From NCBI GenBank assembly GCA_033551855.1, contig JAWSUI010000029.1, forward strand, positions 1 through 49,712: a stretch of 49,712 nucleotides of DNA, read 5' to 3'. Of the stretch, positions 36,954-45,177 are shown piece after piece; position 1 is the first letter of the stretch, and every line of letters begins with the position of its first letter. A program made the translations under genes and the position numbers. The stretch comes from Deferrisomatales bacterium (GTDB taxonomy: Bacteria > Desulfobacterota > Deferrisomatia > Deferrisomatales > JACRMM01). The notes beneath the pieces are model-generated. The model was not told where the DNA came from and made no database searches. It saw only the letters and a list, made by a program, of their open reading frames with translations.

Positions 36954-38366
36954 ATGGATCTTCGAGAGTTCATCGCACTGTGCGAGAAGGACGGCGACCT
37001 GAAGCGGGTGACCGCGGAGGTCGACTGGGATCTGGAGATGTCGCACATCGCCAAGCTCGTGGAGGAGAAGAGCGGCCCCTCCCTTCTCTTCGAGAGAGTC
37101 AAGGGAAGCACCGGGCGGGTGATGTTCGGCGCCTTCAGCAACACCAAGCGGTTCGCGAAGATCCTCGGGAAACCCAGCCACCTCTCCATGTGCGACCTGA
37201 GCTACGAGTGGATGCGGCTCTCGGTCGGCGAGGTGATCCGCGCGCGGGAGGTCGAATCCGGCCCGGTCTTCGAGAACATCCTCGAAGGCGACGCCGTGGA
37301 CGTGACGAAGCTGCCGGCACCAAAGTTCTACGAGAAGGACGGGGGGCGCTTCATCGGCACGGCGTGCTTCATGGTGGTCGAAGACCCGGAAACGGGGGAG
37401 ATCAATCTGGGGACCTACCGGAGCCAGGTCCTCGACGCCAAGACCGTGGGGGCCCAGATCCTCAAGGGCAAGCGGGGCGACCGCATCCTCCAGAAGTACC
37501 GGAAGGCCGGGAAGAAGATGCCGATCTGCATGGTGGTGGGCTGCGACCCCCTGCTGATGCTCGCGGGGAGCGCCATGGTGGAGGGGGCCAACGAGTACGA
37601 CGTGGTGGGCACTCTCCGGGGCGAACCGGTGGACGTGGTGAAGGCCCCGCTTACGGGCCTGCCGATCCCGGCCACCGCCGAGATCGTCCTCGAGGGGTAC
37701 GTGGACGGGGACAACCTGCGGCCCGAGGGGCCCTTCGGGGAGTACACCGGCTACTACACCGAGGAGATCTACAAGCAAGTCCTCAAGCCCGCCATCGAGG
37801 TGGAGCGGATCTACCACCGGGACGACCCGATCCTGCTGGCTGCGTCCGTTGGGCGCCCGGTGAACGACAACCACATGATGCTCGCCTTCGTGCGCAACGC
37901 CACCTTGTGGACCGAGCTCACGAAAATGAAGATCCCGGGGATCCAGTCCGTGTACATGCCGCCCGAGGCTTGCGGCCGCTTCTGGGCCATCGTCTCCGTC
38001 AAGCAGATGTACCCGGGCCACTCCGATCAGGTGGCCGCCGCGGTCATCGCGTCCAACACGTGCACGTACGGCCTCAAGGGACTGATCGTCGTCGACCACG
38101 ACATCCAGGCGGACGACCTGCCCCGGGTGTGGTGGGCGCTCGCCACCCGGTACGACCCCCAGCGGGGCACCCAACTCATCCATCGCGGCCGGTCCACGCC
38201 TCTGGACCCGGCCCTCTTCCACAACGACAACAAGTTCATCACCTCCCGGATCGTTTTGGACGCGACCCTTCCCTTCGAGTGGAAAGAGAAACCGGTCCAG
38301 GTGGAGATGTCGCAGGAGGTTCTGGAGCGGGTGAAAGCCCGGTGGGGGGAGTTCGGGCTCGAGTGA
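36954..38366 (+). CDS. ppcB: Phenylphosphate carboxylase beta subunit (UbiD family)
   Basis: MDLREFI..EVDWDLEMSH, NLGTYR, EGPFGEYTGYY, ATLWTEL and RGRSTPLDP match recalled Thauera PpcB. Confidence 0.9.
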   Translation: MDLREFIALCEKDGDLKRVTAEVDWDLEMSHIAKLVEEKSGPSLLFERVKGSTGRVMFGAFSNTKRFAKILGKPSHLSMCDLSYEWMRLSVGEVIRAREVESGPVFENILEGDAVDVTKLPAPKFYEKDGGRFIGTACFMVVEDPETGEINLGTYRSQVLDAKTVGAQILKGKRGDRILQKYRKAGKKMPICMVVGCDPLLMLAGSAMVEGANEYDVVGTLRGEPVDVVKAPLTGLPIPATAEIVLEGYVDGDNLRPEGPFGEYTGYYTEEIYKQVLKPAIEVERIYHRDDPILLAASVGRPVNDNHMMLAFVRNATLWTELTKMKIPGIQSVYMPPEACGRFWAIVSVKQMYPGHSDQVAAAVIASNTCTYGLKGLIVVDHDIQADDLPRVWWALATRYDPQRGTQLIHRGRSTPLDPALFHNDNKFITSRIVLDATLPFEWKEKPVQVEMSQEVLERVKARWGEFGLE

Positions 38367-38449
38367 GCTACCCATAACATTCGATGACACCCGAACAGGA
38401 GACGATGGGGCGGGAAGTTCCCGCGCAGCGGGGCTCTCTCGCCGGGTCC

Positions 38450-38471
38450 GGCGGGGCAAGCCCCGTCCTAC
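38450..38471 (-). repeat. GTAG-type REP
   Basis: Minus strand GTAGGACGGGGCTTGCCCCGCC. Confidence 0.6.
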
Positions 38472-38602
38472 GCCTAGGGCGAACCCGGAGAGCCAAACAG
38501 GGGACAGCTGCTTCACAGGACCGGCATCCGGCCGAGCTCGCGGCCGGCAAGGTGCCCCGACCGGCGGCCTCGTCACCCGACAACGCACAGAAGGAGCCCG
38601 AG

Positions 38603-39145
38603 ATGGCCTACGACATGATGGATGCGATCGAGCGAGCCAAGAAGGTCAAGCTGGTGGTGCTGGACGTGCACGGGGTGCTCACCAGCGGCAGGGTCCTGTA
38701 CAGCGAGGACGGGGTGAAGTTCCAGGTCTTCGCCCACGACGACGGATTCGGGGCCAACTGCCTCATGATGCTCGGCGTCGAGGTGGCCCTGATGACCCGC
38801 AAGTCGAAGATCGTCGAGATCCGGGCCGCAGAGGTCGGCATCAAACGCGTGCTCCAGGCCAAGGACAAGACCACCAAGCTCCAGGAGGTGGCCCAGGAGA
38901 TGGGCCTGGCTCTCGACGAGATCTGCTTCGTGGGGGACGAGATCATCGACCTGGGGGCGATGCGCACCGTGGGGTTCGCGGTCTCCCCCGCGAACGGCGT
39001 TCCCGAGGTGAGGGAGGCATCCCACTTCGTGACCCAGCGGGCCGGGGGTGAGGGGGTACTGCGCGAGCTCGGCGAGTTCATCCTGCGGGCCCAGGGCAAG
39101 TGGCAGGGCCTCGTGGACAAGGTGTCAAGCAAGGGGTGGGGGTAA
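38603..39145 (+). CDS. ppcD: Phenylphosphate carboxylase delta subunit (KdsC-like HAD)
   Basis: AKKVKLVVLDVHGVLT, CFVGDEIID and GGEGVLRE..ILRAQGKW. Lies between ppcB and ppcA. Confidence 0.85.
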   Translation: MAYDMMDAIERAKKVKLVVLDVHGVLTSGRVLYSEDGVKFQVFAHDDGFGANCLMMLGVEVALMTRKSKIVEIRAAEVGIKRVLQAKDKTTKLQEVAQEMGLALDEICFVGDEIIDLGAMRTVGFAVSPANGVPEVREASHFVTQRAGGEGVLRELGEFILRAQGKWQGLVDKVSSKGWG

Positions 39146-39198
39146 GGGCCAAAGGGGAAGGCTTGTCGCCTGTAGCCCGTTGCCCGTTGGAGAGACTT

Positions 39199-39272
39199 GG
39201 GTGCAGGTCGGGTTGGCCCGACAGGGCGCAACCTGACCCAACCGCTTTGTTCGCGGGTAAGCCCGCTCCTAC
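39199..39272. repeat. REP-like palindromes in the ppcD-ppcA spacer
   Basis: GCAGGTCGGGTTGGCCCGACAGGGCGCAACCTGAC, plus minus-strand GTAGGAGCGGGCTTACCCGCGA (39272-39251). Confidence 0.6.
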
Positions 39273-39345
39273 GGGGTGGCGCGGGGATATCGGAGAGACG
39301 GACGAAACCGCGGCAAACTACGACCGATCGAGGAAAGGACGCGAG

Positions 39346-40794
39346 ATGGCGCACAAGTACTACAAGGACAACCGCGAGTTCATCAAGGCCCTGGAGGCCT
39401 CGGGGGATCTGGTCACGGTCCGCCAGGAGGTGGACTGGGACATGGAGATGGGCGCCATCGTGCGCCGCGTGTGCGAGAAGCAGGGGCCCTCCCCCTACTT
39501 CAAGAAGATCAAGGATTACCCCGGGTTCGAGGCCTTCGGCGCACCGCTGGCCACCTACCGGAAGCTCGCGATCTCGCTGGGCCTGCCGCCGGAGACGCCG
39601 ATCCCCGAGATCGCCCAGGTCTACCTGGACCGCACCGATCGGGGCGCCCCCCACAAGCCGGTGGTCGTGGACCGCGACCGGGCCCCCTGCAAGGAGAATG
39701 TGATCACCGGCGACGCGGTGAACCTGTTCGACCTTCCCGCCCCCATGGTCCACGCCGGCGACGGCGGCCGCTACCTCTCGACCTGGCACATGATCGTGGC
39801 CGAAGACCCCGACACCCGCGCCATCAACTGGGGCATGTACCGGCAGATGGTGTTCGACGAAAAGACCATGGTCGGCCCCGTCCTGCCGTTCTCGGACATG
39901 GGCAAGATGTTTTGGAACAAGGCCGTGCCGCGCAACCAGCCGATGCCCTTCGCCACCGTGATCGGCATGGACCCCCTCGCGGGAATCGCGGCCTGCGCCC
40001 CCGCCCAGATCCCGGAGGACGAGTTTTGCGGGATGCTCATGGGCGAAGGGGTGGAGATGGTCAAGTGCGAGCTCAGCGACCTCCACGTGCCGGCCCACGC
40101 CGAGATCATCATCGAGGGGGACATCCTCCCGAATGTCGCGCTCGAGGAGGCCCCCTTCGGGGAGTACACGGGATACCGCACCTCGCCGCGGGAGCCCCGC
40201 ACGGTGTACCGGGTTCGGGCCATCACCTACCGGAACAACCCGATCATGCCGATTTCGTGCATGGGCGTGCCCACGGACGAGGGGCAGTTGCTGCGCTCGT
40301 TCTCCCTGGGTCTGGAGATGGACAAGCTGCTCCGCAGCCAGGGCATCCCGATCACGGGGGTCTTCATGTGGCCCGAGTCGACCCACCACTTGGTGGTGGT
40401 CGGCACACGGCACGCCTACGCAGGCATCGCCAGCCAGATCGCCCAGTTGATCTTCGGCAGCAAGCTCGGGCCCTGGTTCCACATGGCCGTGGTGGTGGAC
40501 GAGGACACCGACATCTACGACAAGGACAAGGTCATCCACGCCCTGACGACGAAGTGCCACCCCGTCGACGGCATTCACGTGTACAAGAACTCGGCCGGGA
40601 CGCCTCTCTACCCCTTCGCACCCATGCACGAACGCAAGTTCGGGAAGGGGTCGAAGGTTCTGTTCGACTGTCTCACGCCTCTCGATTGGAAGAAGTCAGA
40701 TATCCCGATCCTTGTATCCTTCGACAAGGTCTACCCGGAAGACGTAAAGGCAAAGGTCCTGGCCAACTGGGCCAATTACGGGTTCAAGGACTGA
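39346..40794 (+). CDS. ppcA: Phenylphosphate carboxylase alpha subunit (UbiD family)
   Basis: DNREFI, NWGMYRQM, EEAPFGEYTGYR, DEGQLLRSFSLGLE and FGSKLGPWFHM match recalled Thauera PpcA. Confidence 0.9.
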   Translation: MAHKYYKDNREFIKALEASGDLVTVRQEVDWDMEMGAIVRRVCEKQGPSPYFKKIKDYPGFEAFGAPLATYRKLAISLGLPPETPIPEIAQVYLDRTDRGAPHKPVVVDRDRAPCKENVITGDAVNLFDLPAPMVHAGDGGRYLSTWHMIVAEDPDTRAINWGMYRQMVFDEKTMVGPVLPFSDMGKMFWNKAVPRNQPMPFATVIGMDPLAGIAACAPAQIPEDEFCGMLMGEGVEMVKCELSDLHVPAHAEIIIEGDILPNVALEEAPFGEYTGYRTSPREPRTVYRVRAITYRNNPIMPISCMGVPTDEGQLLRSFSLGLEMDKLLRSQGIPITGVFMWPESTHHLVVVGTRHAYAGIASQIAQLIFGSKLGPWFHMAVVVDEDTDIYDKDKVIHALTTKCHPVDGIHVYKNSAGTPLYPFAPMHERKFGKGSKVLFDCLTPLDWKKSDIPILVSFDKVYPEDVKAKVLANWANYGFKD

Positions 40795-40812
40795 TGCAAA
40801 GTACCAGTAAAC

Positions 40813-40854
40813 CCATAGGACATATAGGTCCTATAGGACCTATATGTCCTATGG
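40813..40854. repeat. Perfect 42-bp palindrome built of 9-mer units
   Basis: CCATAGGACATATAGGTCCTATAGGACCTATATGTCCTATGG equals its own reverse complement. Confidence 0.9.
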
Positions 40855-40882
40855 ACTCTAACGCAATCACCAGGAGCACACC

Positions 40883-41140
40883 ATGAAAGAGTACGACACC
40901 TTCATCCTGACCGACCTCCAGGAGGCCGTCCTAGACGTGGAGCAGGAGATGACGATCCGGGACCTGACGCCCGGGCGCGCCAAGTACTGCTGCCGTTGCG
41001 TACGAGCCAAGATCTCCGATCAGCCCGACAAGTACCCCGACCGCCTGTGGCCCCTTCTCGGCCGCGGCCAGTGGGTCGGAAAGCCGTGGTCCATCCAGGT
41101 CGTCTCCTTCCTGGACAAGATCCCCGAGGACTGGAGATAG
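40883..41140 (+). CDS. ppcC: Phenylphosphate carboxylase gamma subunit
   Basis: 85 aa. IRDLTPGRAKY...VRA...DKYPDRL..LGRGQ...SI resembles the recalled Thauera gamma subunit. AGGAG RBS. Confidence 0.85.
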   Translation: MKEYDTFILTDLQEAVLDVEQEMTIRDLTPGRAKYCCRCVRAKISDQPDKYPDRLWPLLGRGQWVGKPWSIQVVSFLDKIPEDWR

Positions 41141-41144
41141 GACG

Positions 41145-42512
41145 GTGGCCTTCGCCGACCTGCGGGAGACGGTAGCTGCGCTGCGGGTGAAGGGCCGCCT
41201 CCTGGAGATCGCGGAACCCGTCTCCCCCGTCCACGAGGCAGCCGCGGTGCTGGCCGCGGCGGGCCGACTCGGGAGGGGGGCGGTCCTCCTCTCCCGGGTC
41301 GGAGACCATCGGGTGCCGGTGGTGGGCAACGTGGTCTACGGCCGGGAGGTGTTGGCCTGGGCCATGGACGTCGAGGAATCCGACCTGCCCGGAGAGCTCG
41401 GCCGGCGCTTGACCCAGCCCATCCCCCCGGGGACCGTCGGGCCCGGAGCAGTCGCGCCGGTGCTCGAATGCCGGGGGGCCGACGACGCTTCCCTGGAGAG
41501 GCTCCTGCCCCTCCTCACCCACTGCGCAGAGGACTCCGGGCCCTTCCTCACCACCGGTCTCGTCTCGGCCCGGGACCCGGAGACCGGCGAGGCGGCCCGC
41601 GGGATCCACCGGATGGAGCTCCGCGGCACGCGGGAACTGGGTGTGGCCCTTGTCAACCCGCCCCTGTCCCACCTGTATGCGCGTTTCAAGGCCCGCGGAG
41701 AGCCGATGCCGGCCGCCGTTGCCGTGGGGGTGGACCCGCTCACGTTCGCCTGCTTCGCCCTGCGGGGGGCGCCGGGGGTCGACAAGCTCGCGGTGGCCGG
41801 GGGGCTCCGGGGGAGGGCCGTGGAGGTGGTCGAGGCCCCCCTGGCAGGCGTCCCGGTGCCGGCCCGGGCGGAGTTCCTCCTGGAGGGGGAGGTGGACCCG
41901 TCGGACGAGCGCCCCGACGGGCCACTGGGGGAGGTCGGTGGGTATTCCCTGGTCTTTCCCGCCACACCCACCTTCCGGGTGCGAAGGGTCAGCCACCGGC
42001 GCTCGCCCCTCTACCACGCGCTCCACCCGACGGGGCCCGAAGGAGACCTGCTGCTGGCCCTCGTTTCCGAGGCCAACACGGCTCCTCGGGTGCGGGGCCT
42101 CTTTCCCTTCGCGCGGGATTTCCACTACGTGCCCGGCAGCATCGGGCTCTCTCTCGTCGTGCGGCTGGAACCGGCGCCCCGAGAGCAGATCCGGAGCCTT
42201 CTGCTGCAGCTCCTCACCCTCGGGGTGGTCAAGAAAGTGGTGGCCGTGGCCGAGGACGTGGACCCGGGGGACCCGGGGCGCGTGGAGTGGTCGGTCGCCA
42301 CCCGGTGCCAGCCGGACCGGGACATCCTCGTGGTGAGCGACCTCAAGGCCCTACCCATCGACCCTTCTTGCGCCGAGCCCTTTCGCACCTCGAAACTGGC
42401 GGTCGACGCCACCGGCTACGAGCGCCTGGGCGGCCGAAGGCCGGCCCGGGTCCAGCCCGAAGCGCTCGCGAAGGCCTACACCCTGCTCTCCGGGAGGCAC
42501 CCCCATGGCTAG
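41145..42512 (+). CDS. Additional UbiD-family (de)carboxylase
   Basis: GIHRM, VPARAEFLLEG, DGPLGEVGGY, VAEDVD...WSVATRCQPDRD and IDPS..TSKLAVDAT. Confidence 0.85.
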   Translation: MAFADLRETVAALRVKGRLLEIAEPVSPVHEAAAVLAAAGRLGRGAVLLSRVGDHRVPVVGNVVYGREVLAWAMDVEESDLPGELGRRLTQPIPPGTVGPGAVAPVLECRGADDASLERLLPLLTHCAEDSGPFLTTGLVSARDPETGEAARGIHRMELRGTRELGVALVNPPLSHLYARFKARGEPMPAAVAVGVDPLTFACFALRGAPGVDKLAVAGGLRGRAVEVVEAPLAGVPVPARAEFLLEGEVDPSDERPDGPLGEVGGYSLVFPATPTFRVRRVSHRRSPLYHALHPTGPEGDLLLALVSEANTAPRVRGLFPFARDFHYVPGSIGLSLVVRLEPAPREQIRSLLLQLLTLGVVKKVVAVAEDVDPGDPGRVEWSVATRCQPDRDILVVSDLKALPIDPSCAEPFRTSKLAVDATGYERLGGRRPARVQPEALAKAYTLLSGRHPHG

Positions 42513-43107
42513 GAAGCGCATCGTCGTCGGCATCTCCGGCGCCACGGGTCCCCAATACGGCATCCGCCTGCTCCAGGTCCTCGCGGAGCTCGAGGTGGAG
42601 ACGCACCTGGTGCTCTCCCACGCGAGCCGGAGAAACATTGCCCTGGAGAGCGACTGGGATGCAGAAGACGTGGAGCGCCTCGCCTTCCGCTCCTACGATG
42701 TGGACGACGTGGGAGCGGCCGTCGCCAGCGGGTCGTTTCTGACGGACGGGATGGTCATCGCCCCCTGCTCGGTCAAGACGGTCTCTGCCGTCGCGAACTC
42801 CTACAACGAAAACCTGCTCGTCCGGGCGGCGGACGTGACCCTCAAGGAGCGGCGGGACCTGGTCCTGCTGTTCCGGGAGACGCCCCTGCACAAGGGCCAC
42901 CTGGACCTGCTGCGCCGCTGCGCGGACCTGGGGGCCGTGATCCTGCCCCCCATGGTCGCCTTCTACCACCGGCCCCGAACCGTGGAGGAGATCGTGGACC
43001 AGACGGTGGGAAAGGTTCTGGACGCGCTCCGGATCGAGCACCACCTGTTCCGGCGCTGGAAGGGAGGGGAGCTCGCGGTGGTCGGGGGAGAACGGTCCCG
43101 GGGGTGA
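42505..43107 (+). CDS. ubiX: Flavin prenyltransferase
   Basis: GISGATG, ASGSF, APCS, RAADVTLKERR, RETP and FYHRP. Confidence 0.95.
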   Translation: MARKRIVVGISGATGPQYGIRLLQVLAELEVETHLVLSHASRRNIALESDWDAEDVERLAFRSYDVDDVGAAVASGSFLTDGMVIAPCSVKTVSAVANSYNENLLVRAADVTLKERRDLVLLFRETPLHKGHLDLLRRCADLGAVILPPMVAFYHRPRTVEEIVDQTVGKVLDALRIEHHLFRRWKGGELAVVGGERSRG

Positions 43108-43138
43108 GCCGCCGGGGAAGGCCGCGTCGGGGGGGAGC

Positions 43139-43687
43139 ATGATCTACCTGGGGGGGCGCGCCTCCCGCGAGGGGTGGGTGAGCTTCGAGACCGACCCGCT
43201 CCTGCGGCGGACCAAAGAGGGTCTGCACGAGAACTGCCTCCCCTGCCTCACCGGGCTGCTGGAACAGCTTCGCGCGGGGGCCGAGCGGGTGGATCTCGGC
43301 CCGGCGTGGGAGTGCTGGAAGGTGGTGGCACTCACCCCGACCCGGGAAGACGCCCTGGGGCTTCTCGAGCGGTTCTCCCAGGCCCATCCGGACGAGGAGG
43401 TCCGGGGCAAGGTGGGCGGGGGACGGGACGACCGCCCCACCTGGGCGGTGATCTTCCACACGCGGAGCGAGGCGCGCCGGGACCGACTCCTGGAGCTCGT
43501 GCGGGATCTCTCCCGCCGGCGGCCCCCCGACATCCCGACCTTCTGCTCTCGAGGGTGCGGGATCCCCTACGAGGAGCTCTTGGGCCCGTGGCAGGGCTGG
43601 GAGCCGGTCAGCCCGATCCGGCACCCGGAGAGACGGGCGCGGGTCGTCGCCTCCCTCCGGGAAAGCCTGTACGGCGCGGCGCGGTGA
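43139..43687 (+). CDS. Hypothetical Cys-containing protein
   Basis: GGAG RBS, CLPC and CSRGC motifs. Last gene of the ppc/ubiX run. Confidence 0.7.
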   Translation: MIYLGGRASREGWVSFETDPLLRRTKEGLHENCLPCLTGLLEQLRAGAERVDLGPAWECWKVVALTPTREDALGLLERFSQAHPDEEVRGKVGGGRDDRPTWAVIFHTRSEARRDRLLELVRDLSRRRPPDIPTFCSRGCGIPYEELLGPWQGWEPVSPIRHPERRARVVASLRESLYGAAR

Positions 43688-43722
43688 TCGCGGGATTGGG
43701 GCCGCACGCCGCCCCCTGCCGG

Positions 43723-44922
43723 TCAGCCCCCCTCGCTCTCCCAGGCGGGAAGGCGCAGGACCGCACGAGCCCCGGCGCCCACCCGGTTCTGCAGCAGCAT
43801 CTCCCCTCCCCACGCCCCCAGTATCCGGCGGCACACGGCCAGCCCCAAGCCGCCCCCCTTCTCCTTGGTGGTGAAGAACGCCTCGAAGGCCCGCTCGGGG
43901 TCGAGGGTGCCGAGCCCCGGGCCCTCGTCCTCCACCCAGAGCTCGACCCAGGGCCTGCGGAGGACCGCAGCGCGGGGGCTCAGGAGGGAGTCGCCGCCCA
44001 CGGTGGTCTCCCTCTCGATCCGCCGGCCCGACACCTGCAGGGTCCCGCCTCCCTCCATCGCCTCGACCGCGTTGAGGAGCACGTTGAGCAGGACCTGCTT
44101 GACCTCTCCAGGGTCGGCCTCGACCAGCGGGATGTCCGCCTCCCACGCGAGCTCCCAGCGGACCCCCTGCCGCAGCATACGGTAGCTGAGCAGCTGGATG
44201 GTGTCCCGCGCCAGGTCGCCGAGATTGAGCGGGGTCGGGCGCGGCGACGAGCGGGACGAGCGGGCGTAGTCCAGGAACTGGCCGACGATGGCCCGGCACC
44301 GGTCCGCCTCGTCGTAGATCCTCTGCCGGATCTCCCCCCCGGGGTCCCTGCCCTCCTCCTGGACGAGCAGTCGGGCAAAGCCCAGGATGACCCCGACCGG
44401 GTTGCCGATCTCGTGAACCAGGGAGCTGGCGAGCTCCCCCAGGCTGGCCAGCCGCTCGTGGGCGACCAGCTTTCGCTGGAGGCTCTCCTGCAGAGAGGTC
44501 TCCGAGAAGAGCCCCAAGTAGCCGGCGGGGCGACCCCTCTCGTCGCGCAGCCAACAGGTGCGAACCCTCAGGACCAGGGGACTCCCGTCGGCGCGGGTGC
44601 CTCGGCAGGCGCGCTCCGCCCAGGTGCCGCCGTCGGGGGGGGGGCTCGCCTCGCACCCCCTGTCCTGCGCACACCCCAAGGCCTGAGCGCACGTCACCCC
44701 CATCACCGCCCCGGCGGTCCGGCCGGTGATCACCTCCGCCGAGGCGTTGAAGACCCGGATCTTTCCGGTTCGGTCCGCCAGGTAGGCACCCTCGCGGATC
44801 CCCTCGAGGAGAGCCCCGGCAACGTCCGCGTGCCAGCCCGGCACGGGGGCCGCACAGCCGTTTTGTCCCGCCAACGCCGTCGTGATAAGGTTGTCGGAGC
44901 CTGCCGCCCGAGCTCTTTTCAT
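43723..44922 (-). CDS. Cytoplasmic PAS-domain sensor histidine kinase
   Basis: PAS (FNASAEVITG), H-box LVHEIGNPV, N-box QVLLNVLLNAVEA, DEGPG and FFTTK..GGGLGL. Start uncertain. Confidence 0.88.
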   Translation of the reverse strand: MKRARAAGSDNLITTALAGQNGCAAPVPGWHADVAGALLEGIREGAYLADRTGKIRVFNASAEVITGRTAGAVMGVTCAQALGCAQDRGCEASPPPDGGTWAERACRGTRADGSPLVLRVRTCWLRDERGRPAGYLGLFSETSLQESLQRKLVAHERLASLGELASSLVHEIGNPVGVILGFARLLVQEEGRDPGGEIRQRIYDEADRCRAIVGQFLDYARSSRSSPRPTPLNLGDLARDTIQLLSYRMLRQGVRWELAWEADIPLVEADPGEVKQVLLNVLLNAVEAMEGGGTLQVSGRRIERETTVGGDSLLSPRAAVLRRPWVELWVEDEGPGLGTLDPERAFEAFFTTKEKGGGLGLAVCRRILGAWGGEMLLQNRVGAGARAVLRLPAWESEGG

Positions 44923-45177
44923 GGAGAGTCCATCCCTGTGCCTTCACGGGGTGCCGCTCGCACCCCAAGGCCCCCCAGCCGGAACACGGAGCTCTGCGAC
45001 ACGGCCCGGCAGGGAATGCCCCCGGGAACCCTCGCCCGGCCCGCGCCGCCGGCCCTCGCGCCGGCCGGTGCGGGCCGGGCGAGGCTGATGTGCGACTGTA
45101 GAGCAGCCCGCAGGGAAGGTCCAGGGCAGGCGCTGCCGCCCGGGGGTCTCGACGCCGAGCAGCGAGGAGCGTGACCG

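Noticed and set aside
36954..43107. Ubiquinone/menaquinone biosynthesis ubiD/ubiX cluster
   Set aside because: The presence of gamma and delta subunits and Ppc-specific sequences indicates phenylphosphate carboxylase
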